The notes below the pieces were generated by a model. It made no database searches and was not told the DNA's origin. It worked only from the letters and a program-made list of their open reading frames with translations. A program made the position numbers and the translations under genes. DNA of 63,794 nucleotides, filler included, from an uncultured Gemmatimonadota bacterium (GTDB lineage: Bacteria; GCA-2686955), in the NCBI GenBank assembly GCA_964490075.1. It is 8 parts of 8 records of this genome, joined end to end, with 100 filler letters (N's around TTAATTAATTAA, not from the genome) between each part and the next. Parts side by side here need not be neighbours in the genome. Positions count along the whole stretch, not along the records: positions 45,229 to 51,616 come from CAZBBK010000113.1; positions 51,717 to 57,858 come from CAZBBK010000114.1; positions 57,959 to 63,794 come from CAZBBK010000116.1; 5 more parts are not named here. One strand, 5' to 3'. Shown here one piece after another: positions 50,685-61,948 of the stretch. Each line of letters begins with the position of its first letter. Position 1 is the first letter of the stretch.

Positions 50685-51616
50685 ATGCCCCGCGCGCTCT
50701 TCCCGATCCTCGCAACGTCTCTGCTCGCGGCCGCCGCCCGCCCGAGCGCGGCCGCCCCGGTCCACACCACCTACCACTGGCACCAGCAGCAGCCGATCTA
50801 CTGGCCCGCGCCGATTGCCGGCGGCGGCATGCGCTACGAGCATGCCTACGACTCGATCGAGCGCAAGGACGGCGGCGGCGTCCACCCTCTGAACGACCTC
50901 GAGGAGATCTTCTCCAAGGACGACCGCGAGGCGGTCTACCAGTATCGAATCCGCGACGCGATCGCCGGCATCTCTCAGATCGACGGCGGCGCTCAGGTCA
51001 GCTATTCCGGCTGCCTGATCGAGAACGTCGGCTCGCTGGCGGACCACTGGAAGTACGACTATGCGCCCGGCTGGGAGCAGTCGTTCCGCGAGGCGCGCGG
51101 CTGGACCACCTCGGGCGGAGAGGCCAGGCTCGACCTGGTCCTCTTCCCCTTCCACCACGCCCTGGCGCCGCTCGTCGATGAATGCGCCTTGCGCAAGGAA
51201 ATCCAGATCCACAAGCGGATCTATCTCCAGACCTGGGGCAGCTCGCCGCCTCGATCGCTCGGCTTCTTCCCGCCCGAGCTGGCCTTCAGCGAGCGCATCA
51301 TCCCCGTCCTGGCCGACGAGGGGATCGAGTGGAGCATGGTCTCCAACTCCCATCTCTCGCGCGCCTGCTCCAACTTCCCGCTCACGCTCGGCACCGGCGG
51401 CGAAATGTGCGATCCGCCCAACCGCGCCGATCAAATCAACCCGCCGCAGAGCGACTGGTTCTCCGAGCAGATCGATCGTGGCTGCTCCCCCACCAACGCG
51501 ATCCCCTTCGCCTACCAGGCCCACCGCGCGCGCCACGTCGACCCCGAGAGCGGCGATGCGGCGGAGATCGTGGTGGTGCCGGCCGCCATGATCATGAGCT
51601 GGCGCGACGGCTACGC
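50685..51616 (+). CDS. Secreted GH57/GH119-like glycoside hydrolase (3' partial)
   Basis: Signal peptide; HWHQQQPIYWP, SYSGCLIEN, HHALAPL and GFFPPELAFSERIIP (catalytic Glu region). Confidence 0.7.
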
Positions 51617-51716
51617 NNNNNNNNNNNNNNNNNNNNNNNNNNNNNNNNNNNNNNNNNNNNTTAATTAATTAANNNNNNNNNNNNNNNNNNNNNNNNNNNN
51701 NNNNNNNNNNNNNNNN
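51617..51716. other. Artificial contig spacer
   Basis: N run + TTAATTAATTAA + N run. Confidence 0.99.
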
Positions 51717-52537
51717 TGATGTGGCTCGGCGAGCAGATCACCGAGCGCGGCATCGGCAACGGCATCTCGCTGATCATTACCATCGGCATCATCGCCCGCT
51801 ATCCGGCCGATGTGAGCAACACCATTCAGAAGCTCAGCATTCCAGGCAGCGACTTCAACTACGCCCACCTGGCGGCGCTGTTGGCGATCACCGTGGCGAT
51901 GGTCGCCGGGATCATCGCCATCACCACCGGGCAGCGCCGCATCCCGGTGCAGTACGCGCGGCGCATGGTGGGACGCAAGGCCTACGGCGGGCAGCAGACA
52001 CATATTCCGCTGAAGGTGAACACCGCCGGCGTCATGCCGATCATCTTCGCCCAGTCGTTGATGATGTTCCCGTCGATGGTGGCACAGCTCTTCCCGGGAA
52101 CGACGCTGGCCGATACGGTGATGCGCTGGTCCACGCCGACCAGTCCGGTCTATGTTGTGACTTACAGCTCCATGATCGTCGCGTTCAGCTACTTCTACAC
52201 CGCGATCGTCTTCAATCCGGTCGATCTCGCCGACAACATGAAGAAGTACGGCGGCTTCATTCCGGGGATCAAGCCGGGCAAGAAGACGGCGGAGTACATC
52301 GATCGGGTGTTGACGCGCATCACTCTGCCGGGCGGGATCTACCTGGCGTTCATCGCCATCATTCCCGCCTTCCTGGCTCAGTGGCTGAATGCGCCGATCG
52401 CCTGGCAGCTCGGGGGAACCGGGCTCCTCATCGTCGTGGGCGTGGTGCTCGACACCATGCAGCGGATCGAGTCTCACCTGGTGATGCGTTCCTACGAAGG
52501 ATTCATGAAGAGCGGGCGCGTTCGAGGGCGGAGGTAG
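51717..52537 (+). CDS. secY: Preprotein translocase SecY (5' partial)
   Basis: MWLGEQITERGIGNGISL, AGVMPIIFA, GGFIPGIKPG and GGTGLLIVVGV. Confidence 0.97.
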
Positions 52538-52540
52538 AGC

Positions 52541-53092
52541 ATGCGAATGATGTTGTTGGGGCCGCCGGGCGCCGGAAAGGGCACGCAGGCCGCTTTCCTG
52601 GTCGACCGCTACCGGATTCTGCACCTGGCGACCGGAGACATGTTGCGAGCGGCGGTTCAAGAAGGAACCGATCTGGGCAAAGAGGCCAAGGCGATCATGG
52701 ATCGCGGCGAGCTGGTGCCCGACGAGCTGGTGATCGGCATGTTGATGGATCGGCTCGGGCAGAGCGATGCCGAGCGTGGCTTCATCCTCGACGGGTTCCC
52801 GCGCAACACCGCGCAGGCCCGAGCGCTCGACGAGCGCCTTGGCGAGCGCGGCCTGGAGCACGTGGTGGCGATCGAAGTTCCCGAAGAGGAGCTGACCGCG
52901 CGCATGCTCGGGCGCGGGCGATCGGACGACACCGAGGAGACGGTGCGCAACCGGCTCCAGGTCTACCGCGAGATGACGCTGCCGCTCTTCGAGTACTACG
53001 AGCGGACCGGAATCCTGCGACGGATCGATGGCTTCCAGTCGATCGAGCAGGTGGCCGAGAGCATCGTGGTGGCTCTGGAGTCTGCCGCGTGA
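52541..53092 (+). CDS. adk: Adenylate kinase (short-LID type)
   Basis: GPPGAGKGTQ, TGDMLR, GELVPD, LDGFPR and RGRSDD. Confidence 0.97.
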   Translation: MRMMLLGPPGAGKGTQAAFLVDRYRILHLATGDMLRAAVQEGTDLGKEAKAIMDRGELVPDELVIGMLMDRLGQSDAERGFILDGFPRNTAQARALDERLGERGLEHVVAIEVPEEELTARMLGRGRSDDTEETVRNRLQVYREMTLPLFEYYERTGILRRIDGFQSIEQVAESIVVALESAA

Positions 53093-53862
53093 TCGTTCTA
53101 AAGTCCGAGCGTGAAATCGAGGTCATCCGCAAGAATGGGCGCATCGTGGCGAACACGCTGGGCCTGATGCGGCGTCATGCCAAACCGGGCGCGACGACCA
53201 AGGAGCTCGATGGAATCGCCGAGGACTACATCCGCAGCGAGGGGGCCGTGCCAAGCTTTCTCGGCTACGGAGACCCGCCCTACCCGGCGTCGATCTGCAC
53301 CTCGGTCAACGAGGCGGTGGTGCACGGGGTGCCGAACGGGCGCAAGCTGGAAGAGGGAGACATCGTCGGCATCGACGTGGGCGCCTGCTCGGGCGGATTC
53401 CACGGTGACGGCGCGATGACCCTCCCGATCGGGGCGGTGAGCGAGGCCACCACGGCGTTGCTCGAGACGACGCAGGGCGCACTCGCCGCGGGCGTGGCGA
53501 AGGCAGTGCCGGGAGGCCGCCTGGGCGACATATCGGCGGCCATCCAGACCGCGGCCGAGGACGCGGGCTTCTCGGTTGTGCGGGCGCTGGTCGGCCACGG
53601 CATCGGCCGTGATATGCACGAGGCGCCGCAGATCCCCAACTACGGGCGAGCGGGCCGCGGCGTGCGCCTGAAGGCCGGAATGGTGTTGGCGCTGGAGCCG
53701 ATGGTCAACGCCGGCACCTACGAAGTGGAGCTGCTCGACGACGAGTGGACGATCGTGACGGCGGATCGCCAGCTTTCGGCCCACTTCGAGCATACGATCG
53801 CGATCACCGAGAGCGGCCCGGTGATCCTCACTGTCGCCGACTCGGAGTACCTGGAGTCATAG
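53089..53862 (+). CDS. map: Methionine aminopeptidase type I
   Basis: GTG overlapping the adk stop; CTSVNEAVVHG, GHGIG.DMHE, LEPM and SAHFEHT. Confidence 0.96.
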   Translation: MIVLKSEREIEVIRKNGRIVANTLGLMRRHAKPGATTKELDGIAEDYIRSEGAVPSFLGYGDPPYPASICTSVNEAVVHGVPNGRKLEEGDIVGIDVGACSGGFHGDGAMTLPIGAVSEATTALLETTQGALAAGVAKAVPGGRLGDISAAIQTAAEDAGFSVVRALVGHGIGRDMHEAPQIPNYGRAGRGVRLKAGMVLALEPMVNAGTYEVELLDDEWTIVTADRQLSAHFEHTIAITESGPVILTVADSEYLES

Positions 53863-53892
53863 GCGGTCAATCGCCGTTCGGAGGGCAGCGTT

Positions 53893-54204
53893 ATCGGCAG
53901 ACGTGGATATGGCGGCCGAGGGCCAAAGAAGAAGAAAAGGAAAGGCGCGGCTGGACAGCAAACAGACGATACGACCACCAGGAAGGTCGGCAAGCAGGGA
54001 GCGATTCAGGTCGAGGGCACGGTCCTCGAGCCGCTTCCCAATACGATGTTCAAGGTGGAGCTGGAAAACGGGCACCGGGTGCTGGCGCATATCTCCGGCA
54101 AGATGAGGATGTACAATATCCGCATCCTGGCGGGGGACAAGGTGACCGTCGAGCTTTCGCCCTACGATCTGAGTCGGGGGCGCATCGTCTATCGAACGAA
54201 ATAG
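53893..54204 (+). CDS. infA: Translation initiation factor IF-1, probable non-canonical ATC start with N-terminal extension
   Basis: [36 protein letters not shown]...[21 protein letters not shown]. No ATG/GTG/TTG in frame between the map stop and the internal ATG at 54046; GGAGG 8 nt before ATC 53893. Gene identity is high-confidence; the start is inferred. Confidence 0.9.
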   Translation: MGRRGYGGRGPKKKKRKGAAGQQTDDTTTRKVGKQGAIQVEGTVLEPLPNTMFKVELENGHRVLAHISGKMRMYNIRILAGDKVTVELSPYDLSRGRIVYRTK

Positions 54205-54297
54205 ACGTGAACCGGCGGTGCCGGTCACGAGGTTGGAGTCGCAGCGCGCGGGTGCGCCGCCGCTCGGCTCTTCGGCGTATTTCGGAGGAGCGAACCG

Positions 54298-54414
54298 ATG
54301 AAGGTTCGACCATCAGTGAAGAGAATGTGCGAGAAGTGTCGAATCATCCGGCGCCGCGGTGTGGTGCGGGTGATTTGTCCTGCCAACCCGAGGCACAAGC
54401 AGCGCCAGGGTTGA
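54298..54414 (+). CDS. rpmJ: 50S ribosomal protein L36 (Zn-binding C+ form)
   Basis: [47 protein letters not shown]; too short for the ORF track. Confidence 0.97.
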   Translation: MKVRPSVKRMCEKCRIIRRRGVVRVICPANPRHKQRQG

Positions 54415-54526
54415 TCGAAACCCAGATGGGTCCGCCAAGGCGGGCCAAGTCATCCACGGGTGGTCGCGAACGCGACCGCGGCAGTCGGCCGATGGCCGGC
54501 CGAGGGTGGCGAACGGAGACTGGACC

Positions 54527-54901
54527 GTGGCGAGAATTGCCGGAGTAGACATCCCCAACGACAAGCGCGTCGAGACGGGACTGACCTATATCTATGGGAT
54601 TGGTCCCGCGACCTCGCGGAAGATCCTGCGCGAGACCGGAGTCGATCCGGATCGGCGCTGTCGGGATCTGACCGACGAGGACGTGACGCGGATCCGCAAG
54701 CAGATCGAAGCCAACGTGCGGGTCGAAGGCGCCCTGCGCACCGAAGTCGCGATGAACATCAAACGCTTGATGGACATCGGCTGTGTGCGTGGGTTGCGGC
54801 ATCGACGCGGACTGCCGGTTCGCGGTCAGCGCACCCGCACCAACGCTCGGACCCGCAAGGGACCGCGACGCACCATCGCTGGGAAGAAGAAGCCCAGGTA
54901 G
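54527..54901 (+). CDS. rpsM: 30S ribosomal protein S13
   Basis: [20 protein letters not shown] and [19 protein letters not shown]. Confidence 0.97.
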   Translation: MARIAGVDIPNDKRVETGLTYIYGIGPATSRKILRETGVDPDRRCRDLTDEDVTRIRKQIEANVRVEGALRTEVAMNIKRLMDIGCVRGLRHRRGLPVRGQRTRTNARTRKGPRRTIAGKKKPR

Positions 54902-54967
54902 AACGGCCCTCGGGCCGCCGGATCCTCCATGGAGGCGGCGGTCGACCCGGGCAACCAGGAGATCCGA

Positions 54968-55363
<396 letters not shown>

Positions 55364-55448
55364 GGGATCGCCAACAACACGCTCCACCGCCTGAGGACTC
55401 GATCCCGGGGATGGGGCGGGGGCGCATCGCGCTCCAGGAGACTACGAA

Positions 55449-56090
55449 ATGGCACGCTATACCGACGCGGTGTGCAAGCTATGCCGTCGCGAAGAGATGA
55501 AGCTCTTCCTGAAAGGGGAGCGCTGCTTCACTGAGAAGTGCGCATACGACAAGCGTCCTTTCTCGCCCGGTGACAAGTCCAAGCGCGGAGGCCGGCGCCA
55601 GGTTTCGAACTACGGCCTGCAGCTGCGCGAGAAGCAGAAGGTGAAGCGGATCTACGGCGTGTTGGAGCGCCAGTTCCGCAACTACTTCGCGAAGGCCGAC
55701 CGTATGACCGGCGTGACCGGCGAGAACCTGCTGCGGCTGCTCGAGATGCGCCTCGACAACGTGGTCTTTCGGATGGGCATGGCTCCGTCTCGGAAGGCGG
55801 CGAGACAGATGGTGCGCCACCGCCACATCGCCGTGAACGGCCGATCCGTCGACATCCCCTCCTTCCAGGTGCGGGTCGGGGACCAGGTCTCGGTGCGCGA
55901 GCGTGATCGCAGCCGTCAGAGCCAGTACGTGCAGGCCGGCCGCTCGGTGCGCGGCCTCGGGTCGACGCCCGATTGGCTCACGGCGGTGAAAGAGAAGACT
56001 TTCTCCGGACAGGTGCTCGCCGAGCCGCGGCGCGATCACATCGATCTGGCGATCGAAGAACACCTGATCGTGGAACTCTACTCGAAGTAG
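55449..56090 (+). CDS. rpsD: 30S ribosomal protein S4
   Basis: MARYTDAVCKLCRRE, QLREKQK, LEMRLDNVV and IVELYSK. Confidence 0.97.
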   Translation: MARYTDAVCKLCRREEMKLFLKGERCFTEKCAYDKRPFSPGDKSKRGGRRQVSNYGLQLREKQKVKRIYGVLERQFRNYFAKADRMTGVTGENLLRLLEMRLDNVVFRMGMAPSRKAARQMVRHRHIAVNGRSVDIPSFQVRVGDQVSVRERDRSRQSQYVQAGRSVRGLGSTPDWLTAVKEKTFSGQVLAEPRRDHIDLAIEEHLIVELYSK

Positions 56091-56157
56091 CTGGGTGGAA
56101 TCGCCGCCCATTGCGGGTGGCGTCCGGTTGCGAAACTCTGGTCGAGGAACCGAAGCG

Positions 56158-57183
56158 ATGAAGATGAAGAGCCTCACCATGCCGAAGGGCGTAGCGGTCG
56201 AGAAGGAGACCTTGACCGACCGCTATGGCAAGTTCGTCGTGCAGCCGCTGGAGCGCGGCTTCGGGCATACGCTCGGCAACGCGATGCGGCGCGTGCTGCT
56301 GTCCTCCATCCACGGCGCCGCCGTGACCGCGGTGCGGGTGGAAGGGGTGCAGCACGAGTTCTCGACGCTCCCCGGCGTGCTCGAGGATATGAGCCAGATC
56401 GTGTTGGCGCTGAAACGCTTGCGCGTCAAGCTGCTGGGCAATATCGAGCCGAAGATCATCCGGATCAAACGCTCCGGCGCTGGCGCGGTCACGGCCGCCG
56501 ATATCGCCGACGATCCCGAGTTGGAGGTCGTCAATCCCGATCTCCATATCGCCTCCCTGACCGAGGACCGGACGCTCGAGCTCGAGATGGAGATCACCAC
56601 CGGCCGGGGCTACATTCCGGTCGATCGTGGCGAGCAGAGCACGACGCCGATCGGGACGATTCCCGTCGACGCGGTCTACTCTCCGGTCACGCGGGTTCTC
56701 TACGAGGTCGGCGATACCCGTGTCGGTCAGCGCACCGACTACGACAAGTTGACGCTCGAGGTCCACACCGACGGCACGGTGCAGCCCGAAGATGCCGTGT
56801 CCTTCGCCGGCAAGATCCTCAAAGACCACCTGGTGCTCTTCATTACCTTCGAGGAAGAGCCTCAGATGGAGGAGGAGGAGGAGCACGACGAGGAGTTCGA
56901 GCGGATGCGCGAGCTGCTGTCGCGGCCGGTCGACGAGCTGGAGCTCTCGGTCCGGGCGGCCAACTGCCTGCGCATGGCGAACATCCTGACGCTGGGCGAC
57001 CTGGTGAAGAAGACCGAGGCGCAGATGCTGAAGTACCGCAACTTCGGTCGCAAGTCGCTGGTGGAGCTCAAGGAGATCCTGGCTGAGTACAAGCTCAACT
57101 TCGCGATGGACGTGCAGACCTACCTGCCCGGCGAAGGTGCGGAAGAGCCGGACGACGCACTCGAGGCGACGATCGCCGGTTGA
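56158..57183 (+). CDS. rpoA: RNA polymerase alpha subunit
   Basis: PLERGFGHTLGNAMRRVLLSS, HEFST, RTDYDKL, LSVRAANCL and NFGRKSL. Confidence 0.97.
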   Translation: MKMKSLTMPKGVAVEKETLTDRYGKFVVQPLERGFGHTLGNAMRRVLLSSIHGAAVTAVRVEGVQHEFSTLPGVLEDMSQIVLALKRLRVKLLGNIEPKIIRIKRSGAGAVTAADIADDPELEVVNPDLHIASLTEDRTLELEMEITTGRGYIPVDRGEQSTTPIGTIPVDAVYSPVTRVLYEVGDTRVGQRTDYDKLTLEVHTDGTVQPEDAVSFAGKILKDHLVLFITFEEEPQMEEEEEHDEEFERMRELLSRPVDELELSVRAANCLRMANILTLGDLVKKTEAQMLKYRNFGRKSLVELKEILAEYKLNFAMDVQTYLPGEGAEEPDDALEATIAG

Positions 57184-57259
57184 GGCTCGAACCAGACGCC
57201 GCCTCGGCGGCGCCGCGCAGACACGGACCGGGGAAGAGCCCGGTCACAGAGGAAGCCCC

Positions 57260-57643
57260 ATGCGGCATTTGAAGAGAACGATCAAGCTGAACCGGAGCAC
57301 CGCCCATCGCAAGGCGATGTTCCGCAATCTGACTACCGCGGTGTTCAACCACGGCGAGGTGCGCACCACGTTGGCCAAGGCGAAGTACGGCCGGCGCTAC
57401 GTGGAGCGGATGATCACCCTGGGCAAGCGCGGCGATCTGCACGCGCGGCGCCAGGCCGCCCGATTCGTCCAGGAGCCGGCCGCTCTCAAACGTCTGTTCG
57501 AGGAGATCGCGCCGCTCTACAAGGAGATCAACGGCGGCTACACGCGGGTGGTCCGACTCGGCTACCGCCAAGGCGACGACGCCCCGATGGCGATCCTGCA
57601 GCTGACCCACAAGCCGGAGTCGCTGGAGGCGGACGAGGACTGA
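57260..57643 (+). CDS. rplQ: 50S ribosomal protein L17
   Basis: MRH..KLNR..AHRKAM, TTLAKAK, GGYTR and GDDAPMA. Confidence 0.96.
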   Translation: MRHLKRTIKLNRSTAHRKAMFRNLTTAVFNHGEVRTTLAKAKYGRRYVERMITLGKRGDLHARRQAARFVQEPAALKRLFEEIAPLYKEINGGYTRVVRLGYRQGDDAPMAILQLTHKPESLEADED

Positions 57644-57734
57644 AGCGCTCCGGCTCCGGAAATGGCTGGAGCGCCCGGCCGATCGGGGAGTAGAATCTCC
57701 GAGTTGGGTTCCTGGAGAACCTGAAAAGAAATAT

Positions 57735-57809
57735 TCCCCGGTGGCTCAATGGCAGAGCGGGTGACTGTTAATCACTAGGTTGTAGGTTCGAATCCTACCC
57801 GGGGAGCCA
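57735..57809 (+). tRNA. tRNA-Asn (GTT)
   Basis: Acceptor TCCCCGG/CCGGGGA, anticodon arm GTGA-CT-GTT-AA-TCAC, GGTTCGAATCC T-arm, encoded CCA. Confidence 0.95.
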
Positions 57810-57813
57810 TTTT

Positions 57814-57847
57814 AACGCCCCCACCAACCGGTGGGGGCGTTTTGTTT
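57814..57847 (+). terminator. Intrinsic terminator after tRNA-Asn
   Basis: Stem AACGCCCCCACC / GGTGGGGGCGTT with a 4-nt loop, followed by TTGTTT. Confidence 0.85.
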
Positions 57848-57858
57848 AACAGCAACGC

Positions 57859-57958
57859 NNNNNNNNNNNNNNNNNNNNNNNNNNNNNNNNNNNNNNNNNN
57901 NNTTAATTAATTAANNNNNNNNNNNNNNNNNNNNNNNNNNNNNNNNNNNNNNNNNNNN
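57859..57958. other. Artificial contig spacer
   Basis: N run + TTAATTAATTAA + N run. Confidence 0.99.
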
Positions 57959-58044
57959 GCTTGGTGCGTCGTGTGCGCCGGTAGACCTGAAGCGCGGGTC
58001 GAGGTCGAGCCGGTGCTGGAGGATCCGGTGTACGCCGCGCTCCC

Positions 58045-58314
58045 CCGCGCCCGCGCCCGACCCCGACATAAAGCCCAGCTCCGCGCCCGGAACCGCGAGT
58101 CATGACGCCGTTTCGCGACACGACTCACCACTCTCGATCGAGAGTGAGGAGCTACGACCGTATATCCGCCACAACTCGCCGCTCATCGCGATGAACCCGG
58201 AGCCACGACCGTATTCGCGTCGTACCTCGCGACTCTCGATCGAGAGTGGTGAGTTGTGACCAGAATCTGGCCGCAACCTTCAGCTCCTCGATCGGAATCG
58301 CTGGTTACGACCGG
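58045..58314 (-). repeat. Repeat module A, inverted copy
   Basis: 58061-58314 is the reverse complement of 45229-45482 with about 16 substitutions counted by eye and no indels. Confidence 0.9.
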
Positions 58315-58360
58315 ATTCCGACCCTGATGCTACGACGCCGTCGCCTCTCCTCTCCCGACG

Positions 58361-58427
58361 GTGTCGTTCCGCTGGCGTTTCGATAGGGCGCTTCGCCGCC
58401 CGGAAAGCGCCCGGAACGCCTCCCATC
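58361..58427 (-). repeat. Repeat module C, inverted copy
   Basis: Reverse complement GATGGGAGGCGTTCCGGGCGCT... resembles 46098-46170. Confidence 0.6.
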
Positions 58428-58436
58428 GAGCCCCTG

Positions 58437-58614
58437 CCCATACCCATGCCCGATTCGGGCAACGGAGTCGGGCAAGGGCATGGGCAGGGGCACGCGAAGA
58501 AGCGCCGTCGAGACCGCCCCCCCCAAGCCGCGCATGGAGCCCCGAAGGCCCACGAGCTCCCGTTGGGTCCGCGGTTCTTCGCGAAGGGCGTCGCTCGAGA
58601 CCCGCCATATCGAA
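58437..58614 (+). repeat. Repeat module B copy
   Basis: Collinear with 45826-45999. Confidence 0.75.
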
Positions 58615-58637
58615 CCCCCAGACCCCCAATCCCCCAA

Positions 58638-58666
58638 TTGACAATGAGTTAGCCTCCTGATACCCT
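58638..58666 (+). promoter_or_regulatory. Putative sigma-70 promoter of the CRTAC1/Hzs-like operon
   Basis: TTGACA (58638-58643), 17-nt spacer ending in TGA (extended -10 TGn), TACCCT (58661-58666). Confidence 0.55.
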
Positions 58667-58719
58667 CCTTCCCGCGTTGCATCTCCGCAACGTCGCACGG
58701 CCCAGCCGGGAGAGCCTCT

Positions 58720-60441
58720 TTGTCCAGCGCGCGCATGCTGAGCTTGGCGGTCGCCGCCGCGGGAGCGCTCGCGGCGGTGCTCTGGTTGGTGCGCGCCGGC
58801 GGCCCGGACGAGGGCAGCGGGCCGCGGCCGGTGCCGGTGCCGGGGCCGGAGGGCGGCGGGCAGGGCGTCGTCCGTGCTCCGATTCCGCCCGCGCCCGGGG
58901 ATCTCCTGGTCGACGTCAGCGATGTCCTCGGCCTCGACTTCGTCCACCAGCTGGTCGACGGCGACATGAGCAACCTGGTCGAGTCGCTGGGAACCGGCGC
59001 CGCGTTCTTCGACTACGACGGCGACGGCTGGCTCGATCTCTACCTGGTGCAGAGCGGTTGGGACGCCGACCTGGTGGAGGGGGAGCGGCCGCGCCGCCCG
59101 CCGCTCGACCGCCTCTATCGAAACGTCGCCGGCAAGCGCTTCGAGGAGGTCGGCGCGCGCCTCGGTCTGGAGGCCACCGACTTCGGCTTCGCCGCGGTCG
59201 CCGCCGACTACGACGGCGACGGCTGGGTCGATCTCTACGTCTGCAACGCCGGGCCGAACCGTCTCTATCGCAACCTGCGCGGCGAGCGTTTCGAAGAGGT
59301 CGCGGCGGTGGCCGGCGTCGCCGATCCGCGGCTCTCGGTGGGAGCGACCTTCTTCGACTTCGACGGCGACGCCGATCTCGACCTCTACGTCACCAACTAC
59401 CTCGACTTCGACCCCGACTACGACTATTTCTACAATCCCGACGCCTTCCCGCCGCCGCTCGCCTACCAGCCGCAGCCCGACGCCCTCTACGAGAACCTCG
59501 GCGACGGCACTTTCGCCGACGTGTCGGCGGCGTCCGGCATCGAGCGCCACGAGGGCCGCGGGATGTCGGTGGTGGCCTTCGACTTCGACGGCGACCGCCG
59601 CACCGACATCTTCGTCTCCAACGACGCCACGGCGAACTTCCTGTGGCGCAACACCGGCAGCGGGAGCTTCGAGGAGTCGGCGGTCGCCTTCGGCGTGGCC
59701 TTCGGCGAGAACGGTGAAGCGACCGGAGCGATGAGCGCCGACGTCGGCGACTACGATCGCGACGGCGGCATCGATCTCTTCGTCAGCGACATCGCCTACA
59801 GCTCGCTCTATCGCAACGAGCGACAGGGTTTCTTCACCGACACCGTGGTCCCCTCCCAGGTCGCGCGGTTGACCGGTCGCTACACTTCCTGGGGCGGCGG
59901 TTTTCTCGACTTCGACCTCGACGGGCTGCTCGATCTGTTGGTGGTGAACGGCGATCTGCACCACGTGGTGGGCTGGGAGGACCAGCTCCTGCGCAACGCC
60001 GGCGGCGGCGTGTTCGCCGATGCCGCCGAGCTCAGCGCCTACTTCGCGGTGAAGCTGCCGGGGCGCGGCGGGGCGGTGGCCGACTACGACAACGACGGCG
60101 ATCCCGACATCCTGATCACCAACTTCATGGAGCGCACGGTGCTGCTGCGCAACGACGCGGGCGGCGGGCGCTCCTGGCTCGGTTTGGCGCTGCGCGACTC
60201 GGACCGGACGCGCACGGCCTACGGGGCGCGGGTGGTGCTGCACTGCGGCGAGCGGGAGCTGACGGCCGAGCTGCGTTGCCCGACCTCGTACCTCTGCAGC
60301 GGCGATCCGCGCCTGCTCTTCGGCCTCGGCGAGGCGCCGGTGGTCGACCGGATCGACGTGATCTGGCCCGAGGGCGAGACGCAGGTGCTGCGCGAGGTCG
60401 CGGTGAATCGCTATCTCGAGATCGAGCGGAAGAGCGGCTGA
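58720..60441 (+). CDS. CRTAC1-family protein (FG-GAP/VCBS repeats + ASPIC/UnbV domain), N-terminally anchored
   Basis: Seven D(Y/F)DxDG..D(L/I)-type repeats and a C-terminal SYLCSGDPRLLFGLG...IDVIWPEG. Confidence 0.9.
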   Translation: MSSARMLSLAVAAAGALAAVLWLVRAGGPDEGSGPRPVPVPGPEGGGQGVVRAPIPPAPGDLLVDVSDVLGLDFVHQLVDGDMSNLVESLGTGAAFFDYDGDGWLDLYLVQSGWDADLVEGERPRRPPLDRLYRNVAGKRFEEVGARLGLEATDFGFAAVAADYDGDGWVDLYVCNAGPNRLYRNLRGERFEEVAAVAGVADPRLSVGATFFDFDGDADLDLYVTNYLDFDPDYDYFYNPDAFPPPLAYQPQPDALYENLGDGTFADVSAASGIERHEGRGMSVVAFDFDGDRRTDIFVSNDATANFLWRNTGSGSFEESAVAFGVAFGENGEATGAMSADVGDYDRDGGIDLFVSDIAYSSLYRNERQGFFTDTVVPSQVARLTGRYTSWGGGFLDFDLDGLLDLLVVNGDLHHVVGWEDQLLRNAGGGVFADAAELSAYFAVKLPGRGGAVADYDNDGDPDILITNFMERTVLLRNDAGGGRSWLGLALRDSDRTRTAYGARVVLHCGERELTAELRCPTSYLCSGDPRLLFGLGEAPVVDRIDVIWPEGETQVLREVAVNRYLEIERKSG

Positions 60442-60442
60442 G

Positions 60443-61944
<1,502 letters not shown>

Positions 61945-61948
<4 letters not shown>

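Noticed and set aside
51721-53088. 713-aa ORF extending map upstream
   Set aside because: The upstream part overlaps secY and adk in another frame; map starts at GTG 53089.
53860-53892. map-infA read-through fusion (same frame)
   Set aside because: A well-spaced SD + ATC offers a simpler explanation; the shared frame may be chance.
57735-57858. tRNA-Asn as an integration site
   Set aside because: It is followed by its own terminator and the contig ends; no integrase or duplicated tRNA 3' end is seen.
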